Source of the DNA: Anaeramoeba ignava BMAN | Lineage: Eukaryota > Protista > Anaeramoebae | Length of the DNA: 64,000 nucleotides | Direction of reading: 5' to 3' | NCBI GenBank assembly: GCA_028826165.1 | Contig: JAPDFW010000075.1 | Span: 124,001-188,000, forward strand | Part shown: positions 1 to 12,537 of the stretch, piece by piece | Layout of the letters: each line of letters starts with the position of its first letter | Position numbering within the stretch: position 1 is the first letter of the stretch | The notes under the pieces: generated by a model | The model's input: only the letters and a program-made list of their open reading frames with translations | The model's database searches: none | What the model was told of the DNA's origin: nothing | Translations under genes and position numbers: made by a program

Positions 1-535
1 TCAAAATCAAAATATAAATCAAAATCAAAATCAAAATAATCAAAATAATCGAAATAATCAAAATCAAAATAATCAAAATAATCAAAATAATCAAAATCAA
101 AATAATCAAAATCAAAATAATCAAAATCAAAATAATCAAAATAATCAAAATCAAAATAATAATAATCAAAATCAAAATAATCAAAATCAAAATAATAATA
201 ATAATCAAAATCATAATCAAAAACAAAATAATAATCAAAATCAAAATAATCAAAAACAAAATATAAATCAAAATCAAAATAATAATAATCAAAATCAAAA
301 TAATAATCAAAATCAAAATCAAAATAATCAAAATAATCAAAATAATAATAATAATCAAAATCAAAATAATCAAAATATAAATCAAAATCAAAATAATAAT
401 CAAAATCAAAATAATAATCAAAATAATCAAAATAATCAAAATAATAATAATAATCAAAATCATAATAATCAAAATCAAAATAATCAAAATCAAAATAATC
501 AAAATATAAATCAAAATCAAAATATAAATCAAAAT
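1..535 (+). repeat. Coding microsatellite (CAAAAT/AAT)n encoding a poly-N/Q tract
   Basis: Degenerate AATCAA/AAT repeats in frame with the downstream ChAPs coding sequence. Confidence 0.85.
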
Positions 536-2410
536 TTAAATTCAATCGAAACAAAAATTTGGATTGAAACTTTCATCTCATCTTATTTAAGAACTATCAT
601 TGTTCAAAATTCAAATATCCTTCGTCCTCTTCCAATTATTAAGAAAGTTCAAGATTTAGATCAAAAACCAATCCAAAATAAAATTTTAGATACTTTCAAA
701 TTTCTTTTTTGGGAAGGCAAAAAATTAGGTTCTTCAAAATCAAGAAGATTAGTTTCAAATCAACAAAACTTTTTTACAAAATCTATTTTAAAATATTTTT
801 TCATCAACTTTAATTTCAAACTTGCAATTAATTTTTTTTCAACATTTGTTGATCAAGATCCAGAAATGTCGGTTCCAATTAGTAAAGCCTATTGTAAATT
901 GAGAGACTATAAATCATCTAATGATATTTTGATTAAAAATTATACAAGAAAACCAAATTCAATACCAATAATATCACAATTAGTAAAATCACTTCTTCGA
1001 TCAAACAGAATAGCACAAGCAATCAAATTAACAAACAGATTAGTATCACTTGCTCCTTTTTGTCCTTATTCGTATATTCTTCTTGCAAAGGCAAGATTGA
1101 AAGACAAAAATTTTCATGGAGTTTTTGAAACTATTAATAATATTCCATTTTCTTCAAACAAAGAATGTCAAAAATTTCCACTTTTAAATTTAGATGATTT
1201 ATTTCCAAAACCTGCAAAAATATTTGCTTCAGATCACAAACAAAACCATTTGAATATTGATTCTTTCAATAAGAAAATTCCTCAAAAAAATCAAAATATC
1301 CCTAAAATTTCTATTCCAAAAAGGGAATGATCATAAAAATATATTTAATTTAAAAGTTGGAATTTTGAAACTCATTTGGAAAAGAAAGTTTACAAAATTT
1401 TAATTAGTTTTGTTAATGTTTATGGATGGATAAAATGATAGAATGCAGAACAGAGGTTTTTGATAGAAATATTCGGAATTCAGGAAATATTAAATCACAA
1501 GTATATCAACAATATTTTGGGGAATGTATTCATTATTCAGAACAAATTAATAATGAATTATCTGAAGAAGAAAAAGGAAATTGAAAAAGAAATTAAGAAA
1601 AAGAAAAATGCGATTAAAAAAAAAAAGCAAATGAAGAAAAATAATCAAGAAAATCATCAAGAAAATAATAATAATCAAGAAAATAATAAAGAAAATAATA
1701 ATAATCAAGAAAATCATATTAATATCAATATTAATAATCAAGAAAATCATTGCGGATTTACAACCGATATCTCCAATTCATCAAAAAGAATTCGATGAAA
1801 TTTTCTCAAAACAAAAAGATCAAAAATATTCCAAAAAGAATTGGAGCTCCATTTTTCACCAATAGTCCCATATTATATTAAAATTCATTGTCGAAGTTGG
1901 TTAGATAACTTCATTCAAATACTTTATCAAGATTCAAAATGCTTTAACTCTTTTTGGTTTTGGAAGAAAAATCAAAAACAAGAAATAGCAAATTTCAAAA
2001 ATAGTTTTTCAAAAAGAATTTGAATTATTTGGAGATTTAGCTGTTAGATTTAAAATTACAGAATAGCAAAAATCTTATATATTTGCAATCCAAAAATCAG
2101 GAAATAAAATTAAAACGGAAAAATAGGAAACATTTGGAGAAAATTATTAGAAATGAACGTTAAAAGAGAACAATTTCAGAAGTGATCGTAAATGCAGATA
2201 GAATATCAACATATTTACAAGAAAAATTCTCTTTTTGAGGAAAGTATACTTTTGGTTCGTTCACTTAAAGATTCTATTTTTAAATTAATTTTTAGACATG
2301 GAATTTTTGCAATTGAAAAATTTATTGAAAAAGATTTTCTTCAGAACAATCAAAATTAAATCCAAAAAATTAGTGAATTAATATTAGAAGCAAAAATTGG
2401 TTTAAATAAT
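1..2410 (+). CDS. ChAPs (Chs5p-Arf1p-binding; Bch1/Bud7/Chs6 exomer cargo-adaptor-like) TPR protein, 5'-truncated, with frameshifts after ~1320
   Basis: The frame of ORF 866-1330 is open from position 2: an N/Q tract, then IWIETFISSYLR (ChAPs W.ET..S..LR motif) and TPR-like helices. Downstream fragments give CRSWLDNFIQILYQD (cf. LCERWLDNLFMVLYED) and FELFGDLAVRF (cf. WEILGDLA.RL). The 3' end is approximate. Confidence 0.7.
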
Positions 2411-2487
2411 TAAAATATTTTATTTTTATTTTTGAATTTTCCTTTTTAAAAATTTCATTTTTACTTTTTATAATTTAATAAACAAAA

Positions 2488-4454
2488 ATGATTCCAAATC
2501 AAAATCAAAAACAAAAACAAAATAAAACACCTTATTATCAAATTATTGAAACTTTTCCAAATATTAGTTATAATACTTTCCTTCAAGAAATTTATCCAAG
2601 TTCAAAAGCAAATAAAATGATTAGTTTAATTGAAAAAAATAGTTATAATTATAATTATTATGATTATGACTATGATGACGAATATGATTATGATTATGAT
2701 TCTATTCATCAATATAAAGGAAATAGATACAAAAAAAGTTTTCCAGAATTTACAAATAAGAATGTTGATTTATATTCAAATATTAATTTAAATTTTATTG
2801 AGAAAGAAAATGAAAAAGAAAAAGAAGATGAAGATGAAGATGAAAATGAAGATTATTTTGATTGGTTACCTGAAGAACGTAAATAAAAATCAAATAAAAT
2901 TAATCCAAAATTCAAATTCAAATCTAATTTAATAATTTTAAAAAAAATTAAATAGTTATTTTAATGATATTTGAATATCTTGATAAACCAAGTCATCTTT
3001 GTATTTGTGAAGCAACTTGTTCTCAATTTCAAAGAATTTCAAATGAACCTATTTTATGGAGAAATGTTTTAAGGAAAACTGCTCCTTATTTGGATTTTTT
3101 AATGGTATCAAGTTCTGTTTCAAAATATGCAACAACAGTTTCTTGTTATTTTTCATTTAAAGGAGTAATTGGGATTTGTAAATATTTTGAAGAAGAATAT
3201 GAAAGATTATTAGAACAACAAAAAGAAGAAAATTATTTTGATAAAAAGAAGAAATTGAAAAAGAAGAAAAAGAAGAAAAAGCCAATTGTTCATTTAAATA
3301 ATGATTATAAAGATTCTCTTCTTGATCCACTTCTTGAGTCAGATTATGATCCAAATTATCAAAACCAAATTTCAAAACCAACTTTTTATCAAAATATTCC
3401 TTATGATCGATATAGTGAATCTATTCGAAATTTAGAAATCGAAAAAAGCGTTGTTAGATTAATTGAAAATAATCCAAAAAAATTAATTGTTCAACAAATT
3501 AATAAATTTGAAAGTGCTTATCGATTAGCAGAGAAAGGTTTTAAATTTTATGAGTCACATCATCAATATCCCGAAAAAGTAGATAAAGCATTGAAAATAT
3601 TTGAAGAAGGAGTTGTTCCAATATTATTTTCATTATCATTCTTGATCACAATTATATTATCAATGCTAAAACTTGATTTGATTATTGAAACAAATTGCAT
3701 TTACATATTCATTCCTGTAGAAATATTTTTATGTTGTTTGCTTTATATTGGATTTTGTTTCTATTTCATGAAAACAAATAGAAATTCTTATCATTTGACA
3801 ATTTCAATGATAATATCAATTATAAGTACAATAATATTTTTAATATTATTAAGTATTAAATTAGAATATTCAAATTCATTTCCATGGTTTATAATATTAA
3901 TTCCTCATTTAACTTCATTTGGAGCTTGGATTTATTTTCCAATAAAAGCTTACAGGAAAATAAGAGATGAAGAAGATTATTTGATAAACATTATTATTTC
4001 TTATATTCTTATATTTCATATACCAATTACAATTTTTATGATATTATTTATTCTTTATAAACAAAATATTTCAGGAATTACACAAAATTCAATATTTATT
4101 CCATTATTTATTATTGATATACTTCCAACAGCATTATTTATATTTTGGCCTATTTATCTTAGATATTGTCGTAAACACATGGATTCATGGAAAAGTGTTA
4201 GAAATTTACCAAAACCTTATGATTCTTATCTCAAAATCAATTTCATTTCATTATTTATTTATCAAATTCCAATGTTAATTTTATTTATTCAAGAATTATT
4301 AATTTATTTAAAATTAAATCAAAAAATATTTATTGAATGGATAACTGTTTCAATTCCTTCAATAATTACTCTTGGTGGAATTTTGATTTTTGGGATAATT
4401 CTTGAAGTTGATTATATTAAAAAGGAATTATTTTCTTCTAAATATTATTATTGA
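2488..4454 (+). CDS. F-box + ~8-TM TMEM185-like membrane protein, copy 1 (intron 2879-2955)
   Basis: Removing the GT..AG intron joins two ORFs into DYFDWLPEELILMIFEYLDKPSHLCICEATCSQFQRISNEPILWR, a canonical F-box. The C-terminal half has four hairpin repeats of the (L/I)KL....(W/Y)..(F/I)IP type typical of Tmemb_185A. Confidence 0.8.
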
Positions 4455-4464
4455 AAAACAATAT

Positions 4465-6345
4465 CAAAATTAAATATAAATTAAATCAAAATTAAATCAA
4501 AATTAAATATAAATTAAATATAAATTAAATCAAAATTAAATATAAATTAAATCAAAATTAAATCAAAATTAAATCAAAATTAAATCAAAATTAAATATAA
4601 ATTAAATCAAAAAATTAAATCAAAATTAAATCAAAATTAAATCAAAATTAAATCAAAATTAAATATATAAATTAAATCAAAAATTAAATCAAAATTAAAT
4701 CAAAAATTAAATCAAAAATTAAATCAAAATTAAATCAAAATTAAATATAAATTAAATATAAATTAAATCAAAATTAAATATAAATTAAATTAAAATTAAA
4801 TCAAAATTAAATATAAATTAAATTAAAATTAAATCAAAATTAAATCAAAATTAAATATAAATTAAATCAAAATTAAATATAAATCAAAAAATTAAATCAA
4901 AATTAAATCAAAATTAAATCAAAATTAAATCAAAATTAAATCAAAATTAAATCAAAATTAAATCAAAATTAAATCAAAATTAAATCAAAATTAAATCAAA
5001 ATTAAATCAAAATTAAATCAAAATTAAATCAAAATTAAATCAAAATTGTCAAAAATTAAATCAAAATTAAATCAAAATTAAATCAAAATTAAATCAAAAT
5101 TAAAAATTAAATCAAAATTAAATTAAAATTAAATCAAAATTAAATCAAAATTAAATCAAAATTAAATATAAATTAAATCAAAATTAAATCAAAAAAATTA
5201 AAATCAAATTTAAATCAAAATTAAATCAAAATTAAAAATTAAAATTAAATCAAAATTAAATCAAAATTAAATATAAATTAAATATAAATTAAATCAAAAT
5301 TAAATCAAAATTAAATATAAATTAAATTAAATTTAAATATAAATTAAATCAAAATTAAATCAAAATTAAATCAAAAATTAAATATAAATTAAATCAAAAT
5401 TAAATCAAAATTAAATATAAATTAAATCAAAATTAAATTAAAATTAAATATAAATTAAATATAAAATTAAATATAAATTAAATATAAATTAAATCAAAAT
5501 TAAATCAAAATTAAATTAAATATAAATTAAAATCAAATCAAAATTAAATTAAAATTAAATATAAATTAAATATAAATTAAATCAAAATTAAATCAAAATT
5601 AAATCAAAATTAAATTAAAAATTAAATCAAAAATTAAATCAAAAATTAAATCTAAATTAAATATAAATTAAATATAAATTAAATTAAAATTAAATCAAAA
5701 TTAAATATAAATTAAATCAAAATTAAATTAAAATTAAATTAAAATTAAATCAAAAATTAAATTAAAATCAAATCAAAAATTAAATATAAATTAAATCTAA
5801 ATTAAATATAAATTAAATCAAAAATTAAATCAAAAATTAAATCAAAATTAAAATATAAATTAAATCAAAATTAAATCAAAAATTAAATCAAAATTAAATA
5901 TAAATTAAATATAAATTAAATTAAAATTAAATCAAAATTAAATCAAAATTAAATCTAAATTAAATATAAATTAAATTAAAATTAAATCAAAATTAAATAT
6001 AAATTAAATATAAATTAAATCAAAATTAAATATAAATTAAATCAAAATTAAATCAAAATTAAATCAAAATTAAATCAAAATTAAATCAAAATTAAATCAA
6101 AATTAAATATAAATTAAATCAAAATTAAATCAAAAAATTAAATCAAAATTAAATATATAAATTAAATCAAAATTAAATCAAAATTAAATCAAAATTAAAT
6201 ATAAATTAAATCAAAATTAAATTAAAATTAAATCAAAATTAAATCAAAAATTAAATATAAATTAAATATAAATTAAATTAAAATAAATTAAAATTAAATC
6301 AAAAATTAAATTAAAATTAAATATAAATTAAATCAAAATTAAAAT
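4465..6345 (+). repeat. ~11-bp satellite (AAATTAAATCA / AAATTAAATAT)n, ~1.9 kb
   Basis: Directly visible tandem array between F-box copies 1 and 2. Confidence 0.95.
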
Positions 6346-6422
6346 TTTTTTTGATATTTTTTTTTTAAAAAATCATTTTTTTTCTTTTTTTCTTTTAATA
6401 AAAAAATCTTTGAAAAACAAAA

Positions 6423-8392
6423 ATGAATTCAAATCAAAATAAACCGTTATATTATTATGAAATAATTCAAATTTATTTACATCTACATTATACAACTTTT
6501 ATTAATCAAATTTACCCAACTTCAAAAGCAAATAAAATGATTAATTATCTTGAAAAATATACACAAAAAAATCAATATGAAATTGAAGAATTTACAAATA
6601 AAAATGTTGATTTATATTCAAATATTAATTTAGATTTTATTGAGAAAGAAAATGAAATAGAAATTGAAAATAAAAGAGAAATAGAAATAGAAATTGAAAA
6701 AGAAAAAAGAGAAGATGAAAATGAAGATTATTTTGAATGGTTACCTGAAGAAAGTAAATAAAAATCAATTAAAATTAATTCTAAATTCAAATTCAAATCT
6801 AATTTAATAATTTTAAAAATTTAATAGTTATTTTAATGATATTTGAATATTTCGATAAACCAAGTCATCTTTGTATTTGTGAAGCAACTTGTTCTCAATT
6901 TCAAAGAATTTCAAATGAACCTATTTTATGGAGAAATGTTTTAAGAAAAAATGCTCCTTTTTTGGATTTCTTAATTTTAGCAGGTTCAAGTTATAGATAT
7001 CAAACAACAGTTTCTTGTTATTTTAATTTTGATGGAGTAATTGGGATTTGTAAATATTTTGAAGAAGAATATGAAAGATTATTAGAACAACAAAAAGAAG
7101 AAATTTATTTTGATAAAAAAGAAGAAGAAATTGAAAAAGAAAAAGAAAAAGAAAAAAAACCAATTACTGATATAAATGATCCAAATTATGATCCACTTCT
7201 TGATCCAAATAATCCGATTTATGATCCATTTTATGATCAGAATAACGATTCAAATGATACATTTTATCATCCAAATTATCGATATAATATAAATCCTCAA
7301 AATAAAGATTTAAAATCTAAATTATATCCAAAAATCAAACATGATAAATATCAACAATATTTCAAAGAAAATTTACAAATTAACCAAGAAGTTGTTGATT
7401 TAATTGAAAATAATCCAAAAAAATTAATTGTTCAACAAATTAATAAATTTGAAAGTGCTTATCGAGTAATAAAGAGAGATTATAAATTTTATGATTCAAA
7501 TCCAAATCCTATAAATTCTGAAAAAATAGATAAAGCATTGAAAATATTTGAAGAAGGAGCTATTCCAATATTATTTTCATTATCATTCTTGATTACAATT
7601 ATATTATCAATGTTAAAACTTGATTTGATTATTGAAACAAATTATGTTTATATATTTCTTCCTGTAGAAATATTTTTCTGTTGTTTGCTCTATATTGGAT
7701 TTTGTTTTTATTTAAAGCGAACAAATCGGCATACTTATCATTTCACAATTTCAATGATAATATCAATTATAAGTACAATAATATTTTTAATATTATTAAG
7801 TATCAAATTAGAATATTCAAATTCATTTCCATGGTTTATAATATTAATTCCTCATTTAACTTCATTTGGAGCTTGGATTTATTTTCCAGTAACAATTTAC
7901 AGGAAAATAAGAGATGAAGAAGATTATTTGATAAACATTATTATTTCTTATATTCTTATATTTCATATACCAATTACAATTTTTATGATATTATTCATTC
8001 TTTATAAACAAAATATTTCAGGAATTACACAAAATTCAATATTTATTCCATTATTTATTATTGATATACTTCCAACAGCATTATTTATATTTTGGCCTAT
8101 TTATCTTAGATATTGTCGTAAACATACTGATTCATGGAAAAGTGTTAGAAATTTACCTTCAAGTTACAATTCTTATCTCAAAATCAATTTCATTTCATTA
8201 TTTATTTATCAAATTCCAATGTTAATTTTATTTATTCAAGAATTATTAATTTATTTAAAATTAAATCAAAAAATATTTATTGAATGGATAACTGTTTCAA
8301 TTCCTTCAATAATTACTCTTGGTGGAATTTTGCTTTTTGGGACAATTCTTGAAGTGAAATATATTAAAAGAAGACATCTTTATGGTTATTAA
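6423..8392 (+). CDS. F-box + ~8-TM protein, copy 2 (intron 6754-6827)
   Basis: Same intron position; spliced WLPEEIILMIFEYFDKPSHLCICEATC. The TM domain is nearly identical to copy 1. Confidence 0.8.
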
Positions 8393-8497
8393 TCTAAATT
8401 AAATCTCAAAATTAAAATTTTTTTTGATATTTTTTTTTTAAAAAATCATTTTTTCTTTCTTTTTTTCTTTTAATAAAAAAATTTTTGAAAAACAAAA

Positions 8498-10451
8498 ATG
8501 AATTCAAATCAAAATAAACAAACACCTTATTATGAACTTATTAAAACTTATGTGCATCTACATTATACAACTTTTATTAATCAAATTTATTCAACTTCAA
8601 AAAGCAAATAAAATGATTAATTATCTTGAAAAGAAACATCACGTTATCAACGAAACATAAATCGAAATCCAAATTTTATTGAAGAATTTGCAGATAAGAA
8701 TATTGATTTATATTCAGATATTAATTTAAATTTTATTGAGAATAAAACAGAAAAAGAAAAAGAAGAAGATGAAGATGAAAATGAAAGTTATTTTGATTGG
8801 TTACCTGAAGAACGTAAATAAAAATCAATTAAAATTAATTCTAAATTCAAATTCAAATCTAATTTAATAATTTTAAAAAAAATTTAATAGTTATTTTAAT
8901 GATATTTGAATATTTCGATAAACCAAGTCATCTTTGTATTTGTGAAGCAACTTGTTCTCAATTTCAAAGAATTTCAAATGAACCTATTTTATGGAGAAAT
9001 GTTTTAAGGAAAAATGCTCCTTTTTTGGATTTTGTCTTTATAACAAGTTATACTTATAGATATCAAACAACAAGATCATTTAATTTTGGATTTAGAGGAG
9101 TAATTGGGATTTGTAAATATTTTGAAGAAGAATATGAAAGATTATTAGAACAACAAAAAGAAGAAATTTATTTTGATAAAAAAGAAGAAGAAAAGGAAAA
9201 AGAAAAAGAAAAAGAAGAACAAAAAAAACCAATTACTGATCCAAATGATCCAAATTATGATCCACTTCTTGATCCAAATAATCCGATTTATGATCCATTT
9301 TATGATCAGAATAAAAATCAAAATGATACATTTTATCATCCAAATTATCGATATAATATAAATCCTCAAAATAAAGATTTAAAAATCTAAATTATATCCA
9401 AAAATCAAAACATGATAAATATCAACAATATTTCAAAGAAAATTTACAAATTAACCAAGAAGTTGTTGATTTAATTGAAAATAATCCAAAAATTAATTGT
9501 TCAACAAATTAAGAAATTTGAAGATGTTTATCGATTAGTGGAAAAAGATTTTAAATTTTATGACTTACATCCAAATTCGAATTCTCAAAAAGTAGATAAA
9601 GCATTGAAAATATTTGAAGGAGGAGTTGTTCCAATATTATTTTCATTATCATTTTGATTACAATTATATTATCAATGTTAAAACTTGATTTGATTATTGA
9701 AACAAATTATGTTTATATATTTCTTCCTGTAGAAATATTTTTCTGTTGTTTGCTTTATATTGGATTTTGTTTCTATTTCATGAAAGATAGTCGACATGCT
9801 TATCATTTCACAATTTCAATGATAATATCAGTTATAAGTACAATAATATTTTTAATATTATTAAGTATCAAATTAGAATATTCAAATTCATTTCCATGGT
9901 TTATAATATTAATTCCTCATTTAACTTCATTTGGAGCTTGGATTTATTTTCCAGTAACAACTTACAGGAAAATAAGAGAAGAAGAGGATTATTTGACAAA
10001 CATTATTATTTCTTATATTCTTATATTTCATATACCAATTACAACTTTTATGATATTATTTATTCTTTATAAACAAAATATTTCAGGAATTACACAAAAT
10101 TCAATATTTATTCCATTATTCATTATTGATATACTTCCAACAGCATTATTTATATTTTGGCCTATTTATCTTAGATATTGTCGTAAACATACTGATTCAT
10201 GGAAAAGTGTTAGAAATTTACCTTCTTACTATGATTCTTATCTTAAAATCAATTTCATTTCATTATTTATTTATCAAATTCCAATGTTAATTTTATTTAT
10301 TCAAGAATTATTAATTTATTTAAAATTAAATCAAAAAATATTTATTGAATGGATAACTGTTTCAACTCCTTCAATAATTACCCTTGGTGGAATTTTGATT
10401 GTTGCTTCTATTTTCGAAATTGATTATCTTAAAAGACATTATTTTTATTAA
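8498..10451 (+). CDS. F-box + ~8-TM protein, copy 3 (intron 8814-8890; several homopolymer frameshifts)
   Basis: Colinear with copy 2 including the 5' flank. Single-base indels in A/T runs (e.g. near 8600, 9385, 9410, 9490) split it into several ORFs. Confidence 0.75.
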
Positions 10452-10530
10452 TCAATTTAATCTCAAAATTATTTTCAGAAAATAAAAATCAACCAAAAAA
10501 ATTTTCTGATTTTGAATTTTAATTTTAATT

Positions 10531-12288
10531 TTAATTTTGATTAATAAATTTTTTAATTAATAAATCAAATAAATTTGGATTTGTTTGATTTAATTGAAAA
10601 TAATCAATTCCAATTTTAATTTCATCAATTATTTCTTGTGTAATTTGAATTTCTTCTTTAATTTGATTTGAATAAATCCAATATTCAAATATTTGAAATG
10701 ATTTATTACTTAATTCACTATAATCTGTAACTTTATTTGATTTATCTTCAGTTACAGATAAAAACATTCCTCGATATAATTCACTTCTCATTATTAATAT
10801 TAATTTGGGAAATTTATATTGTTTTTCTTTTCTTTCAATTATAAAATCTTTTTCATTTTCATTTTCATTTAAATAAATTCTTTTCATTGTTTCTTCTATT
10901 TTTTCATTTGAATTTATAATTTCTTTAATTTCAGAATATAATTTTGGATTTATTATGGAATTATTTGAATAAATCATTTCAAATATTTGATTTGATTCTT
11001 TAATTGATTTATTTGAAATAATTTCTTCAAGTTTTTCATTTTGATTTTGATTTAATCTATATTTCAATATTAATTTATGAGCTTCAATTATTTCTCCATT
11101 TTTGGTTTTAAATGAAATATCACAAAATTCTTTTCTTCTAAATAGTTTTATCAAATCTTCTTCAAGATTAGAAAAAGAAGGAGAATAATAAAGAAATGAT
11201 CTATAAGCACCACAAGAAATATGATAATTGGAAATATTTTCATTAAATCTTAATTTAGGAAGTTCAATTTGAATTGGAATTGATTGATTATTTGTATCTC
11301 CATTTCCTAATTGACCATAATAATTACCTCCAAATGAAAATAGTTTTGAATTGGAAGTTAAAATCAAAGTATGGTAATGTCCAACAGAAAAATCAAGAAT
11401 ATCATTATTTTCAAATAAAGATGATTTGATTTCAGTAAATTCATAAATATCTCCATCTTTGCCAAGTCCATTAAATTTGTACTTTCCACATGAATAAAGT
11501 TTTCTTTTTGGATTTTGATTTTCATTTTCATCTTCAATCAACATTATTGAATGTTTATATCCACATTTAATATCAATTATTTTACCTTTTGGAATATTTT
11601 GAATTTTGGTTAATTTTTGGATTTTTGTTTCTTTTCTTCTTGATTCTCCTAATCCAAGTTGACCATGATAATTATCGCCAGATACAAATAATTCTTGATT
11701 TGAATTTAAAAGAAAAACAGATTTTGAAGTATTTCCTGAAAATATTTTAGAAATATTTTTCATCATTAAAATTCGTTTTTTTGTTTCTTTAAGTGTTTCA
11801 GAATCAAAACCAAATTGACCAAAATAATTTAATCCAATTCCATAAGCATTTCGATTTGAAGTTAATAAGTAAATTGAATCCCATCCAGGAACAATATCTT
11901 GAATTATTCTATCATTTGTATCTTCAATTAATGATGAAATATTGATAAATTCTTTTGAATTTTTTGGATTGATATATATTCCTTTGGCTAATACATTTCC
12001 TTCTTTTGTTAAAATAGCTTCATTTCCGAGACCAACAGTTACTTTTTGAATATTTTCTTTAATTTGGATTTTTTGAAGATTTTGTTTTGAATCTTCTTCG
12101 TCTAAATATTCTATTGCTTTTCCATTTTTAAAAAGGAAAATTGTTCCAAAATAACTTGAAAAAATTTGTTTAATTTGTTTTTCATTTTCATTTTCAAATT
12201 TAAATTGAATTGGTTTTGTTATTTTTTCTGGTTTATTTTTGATAAGTTTTGGTTTTAGATTTGAACCAAAAAATATAATTTCATTCAT
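10531..12288 (-). CDS. RCC1-repeat propeller + tandem BTB/POZ protein (array A)
   Basis: GxNxxGQLG and VG..HT RCC1 motifs; BTB motifs EFCDISF...AHKLIL and KDFII...FPKLILIMRSELYRGMF. Confidence 0.9.
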   Translation of the reverse strand: MNEIIFFGSNLKPKLIKNKPEKITKPIQFKFENENEKQIKQIFSSYFGTIFLFKNGKAIEYLDEEDSKQNLQKIQIKENIQKVTVGLGNEAILTKEGNVLAKGIYINPKNSKEFINISSLIEDTNDRIIQDIVPGWDSIYLLTSNRNAYGIGLNYFGQFGFDSETLKETKKRILMMKNISKIFSGNTSKSVFLLNSNQELFVSGDNYHGQLGLGESRRKETKIQKLTKIQNIPKGKIIDIKCGYKHSIMLIEDENENQNPKRKLYSCGKYKFNGLGKDGDIYEFTEIKSSLFENNDILDFSVGHYHTLILTSNSKLFSFGGNYYGQLGNGDTNNQSIPIQIELPKLRFNENISNYHISCGAYRSFLYYSPSFSNLEEDLIKLFRRKEFCDISFKTKNGEIIEAHKLILKYRLNQNQNEKLEEIISNKSIKESNQIFEMIYSNNSIINPKLYSEIKEIINSNEKIEETMKRIYLNENENEKDFIIERKEKQYKFPKLILIMRSELYRGMFLSVTEDKSNKVTDYSELSNKSFQIFEYWIYSNQIKEEIQITQEIIDEIKIGIDYFQLNQTNPNLFDLLIKKFINQN

Positions 12289-12537
12289 TTTTAAAAAGAA
12301 AAAAAATGAAAAAAATAATTTTGAATTTTAATTTTAATTTTGATTTTAATTTTAATTTTAATTTTAATTTTAATTTTAATTTTAATTTTTGATTTTGATT
12401 TTAATTTTAATTTTTATTTTAATTTTTATTTTTATTTTAATTTTAATTTTTGGAATTTTTAATTTTTGATTTTAATTTTAATTTTAATTTTAATTTTAAT
12501 TTTAATTTTAATTTTAATTTTAATTTTAATTTTAATT

